A stretch of 64,000 bases of DNA, taken from assembly GCA_965637545.1 (NCBI GenBank), contig OZ281495.1:21080001-21144000 (forward strand), in the 5' to 3' direction. A program made the translations under genes and the position numbers. Source of the DNA: Phallusia mammillata (Eukaryota). This document shows, in pieces, positions 62,215-64,000 of the stretch. Numbering within the stretch: the first letter of the stretch is position 1; each line of letters begins with the position of its first letter. The notes below the pieces were generated by a model. It searched no databases. It saw only the letters and a list, made by a program, of their open reading frames with translations, and was not told the DNA's origin.

Positions 62215-63564
62215 ATGGGAGAAGACTGCGACGCTTCGAAGAAGAATGGCTCGCGCGCTGCCGTCAGTGTAGTAAGCAAGTCGCCGAAGGAAGTCGCGTT
62301 GTCGAAATCTCCGCAACTAGCCGTCTTTTTGCTTCATAACGACAGCACAAGTGAGAATTCAGACAGTGCTTCATCAGACCTCGAGACAGACGCCAAAATG
62401 ACCAAGGATGTTTTAGGTGATCGACTGAAAGCAAGCACGCCTATAGCTATTCCGAAACTAAAGGTGAGTTCTCGTTTTCTTTGCAAAGCCGTAATGAGTT
62501 TTAGCGAATAGAAGCTATTGATAAACCACGTTCAATATCAAAACTCGGATTATGCGCATTGTGTAGGATGTTTAAAACTGAAGAAAAATATCGATTTTTT
62601 TGTAAAATGTTCACTCTTTTTGAGATTATATTGAAATAATCCTTCGACCAATTTTTTGTTTTTTTTCGCTAACAAACTGTTAACGTTATCAGAGTGTTAA
62701 TGTATTTTTATTATGTTTTTAATAGGTCACATCAGTGCAAACTGCCAATCACGATGCACCTTTCCGTTACACAAACAGACCTGAGAGCCCGATCAGCTCA
62801 GTAGGTGACACTGTATACGACTCGCCCACTTTACCGCGCCCATCGAAAGACTTTAATCACGTGATGATCAAGCTAAAGCGCAATGGCCCCATCCAGCGGG
62901 TACGAAGCTACGACAACGTTGGTATTGACGACAGCGACAGTGAATCAGGCAACAGTTCCATTAATATTCCCATTTCCTCATCGCTCCCCCCTACAACCCT
63001 GCGTAAAGGGAGACGGAGTGTAAGTTGATTTATAGGACTGTTTTTAAATCAAAGTAAAAAATCAGAATTTGTTTAGTAATTTTGTCACTTAAAGTTTTTG
63101 TTTTGCTGGTTATGTGTACTTAACTTTAAGACTGAAGTTGATATTCTGCTTAACTTTAAGTGAACTTTAACATGTTGATATTCTGCTAGTGTGATAGCAA
63201 AACAACATATTGATTCAAACCGTAAGAAGGCTTGTAGCAAGAAGGTCATCCGAGGCTGCAATAGCATTGTTGTTATCTGATGTCTTGTGTGAAAAAGTTG
63301 ATTTTCCTGCAGGTTCGCTTTGACGAGACAACAATTACCCTAACCGCTGACTTGGGAGAATCTGCTGCCAGGTTCCGATCTCAATGGCGCAGAAAGCGAG
63401 CTGCGGCAATGGGCAGCCCTTCGATGCGGTTCGGTGAAAGCAAAAACATCAGCGTTTGCCACACCGAGGATAACCCGATCGACTCACCTTTGTTGGAAAG
63501 GGCAAGCAATGGCAAATCTATCTTCGACGTTTGCAATTATTCCTCATACGGCCGATACACATAA
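62215..63564 (+). CDS. Unknown Ser-rich, probably disordered protein of about 264 aa with an RVxF-type motif
   Basis: Exons 62215-62463, 62726-63019 and 63313-63564, all phase 0 with GTGAGT/GTAAGT donors and good acceptors. An in-frame upstream ATG exists at 62185. The exon 2-3 junction creates LRKGRRS|VRFDE. No family recognised. Confidence 0.7.
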
Positions 63565-64000
63565 AAAGTCGTCAATGAGTTGTGAAAGACAAAACTTGTT
63601 TCCCTTCGTTTTCGCTTAAACTCGGCGTGACTAAAGGTCAAGATGCTGCCAGATAAAAACATTTTTGTACGGCCATGATGCGCTGCCAGGCACAGACAAT
63701 GTCTAATTCGTTTTAGACAGTATGTTCTCAATCTTTTTGCACCTGCACAGCAAAAGACTGTTTACTGTGAATTACTGTGCTTTATTTGTCGTTTGTTTTT
63801 AGTGCCATTCCAAGACTTTCAGAAATGATTATTTCTGGTGTAACCAAGTTCAGACATTAGAGTGCCTTGGTGACAATTGCAAACTTAGCACTTTAAAATT
63901 GTGCAATTATGCAGTATTTTAAGCGAAGGTCGAATTGTTTGTGTTTTATTTATGTTCTTGTCCTAATTAATAAACTTGTGTCTACAATTCGTTTTGAAAT

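Overview
This is eukaryotic, AT-rich, intron-dense genomic DNA with many 60-80 nt introns. Gene content, compactness, CpG mosaic and splice-acceptor-like sites just before start codons suggest an invertebrate chordate, probably an ascidian (inference). Left half (about 1-30.4 kb, CpG-poor gene bodies): delta-COP/ARCN1 (-), an intronless KLHDC8 (-) head-to-head with SPICE1 (+), NOL12/RRP17 (-), and a divergent ADAP/centaurin-alpha-like gene (+). The ADAP-like ArfGAP domain lacks the arginine finger, its PH domains are degenerate, and it has a long C-terminal extension with a possible CARD/death-fold-like domain. Right half (CpG-rich): an 8.6-kb stretch with a tentative small secreted orphan gene, an HCN channel (-), an anoctamin/TMEM16 (-), and a disordered protein with a PP1-type RVxF motif (+). 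Nine hAT-type MITEs with 8-bp TSDs were read directly, including a 26-bp minimal one. Also present are a 72-bp perfect palindrome, a decayed KLHDC8 fragment in a SPICE1 intron, and a young 643-bp tRNA-like-cassette element with circularly permuted and nested inverted repeats in an anoctamin intron. Gene models were spliced and translated by hand and homologies come from remembered family motifs; no searches were run.
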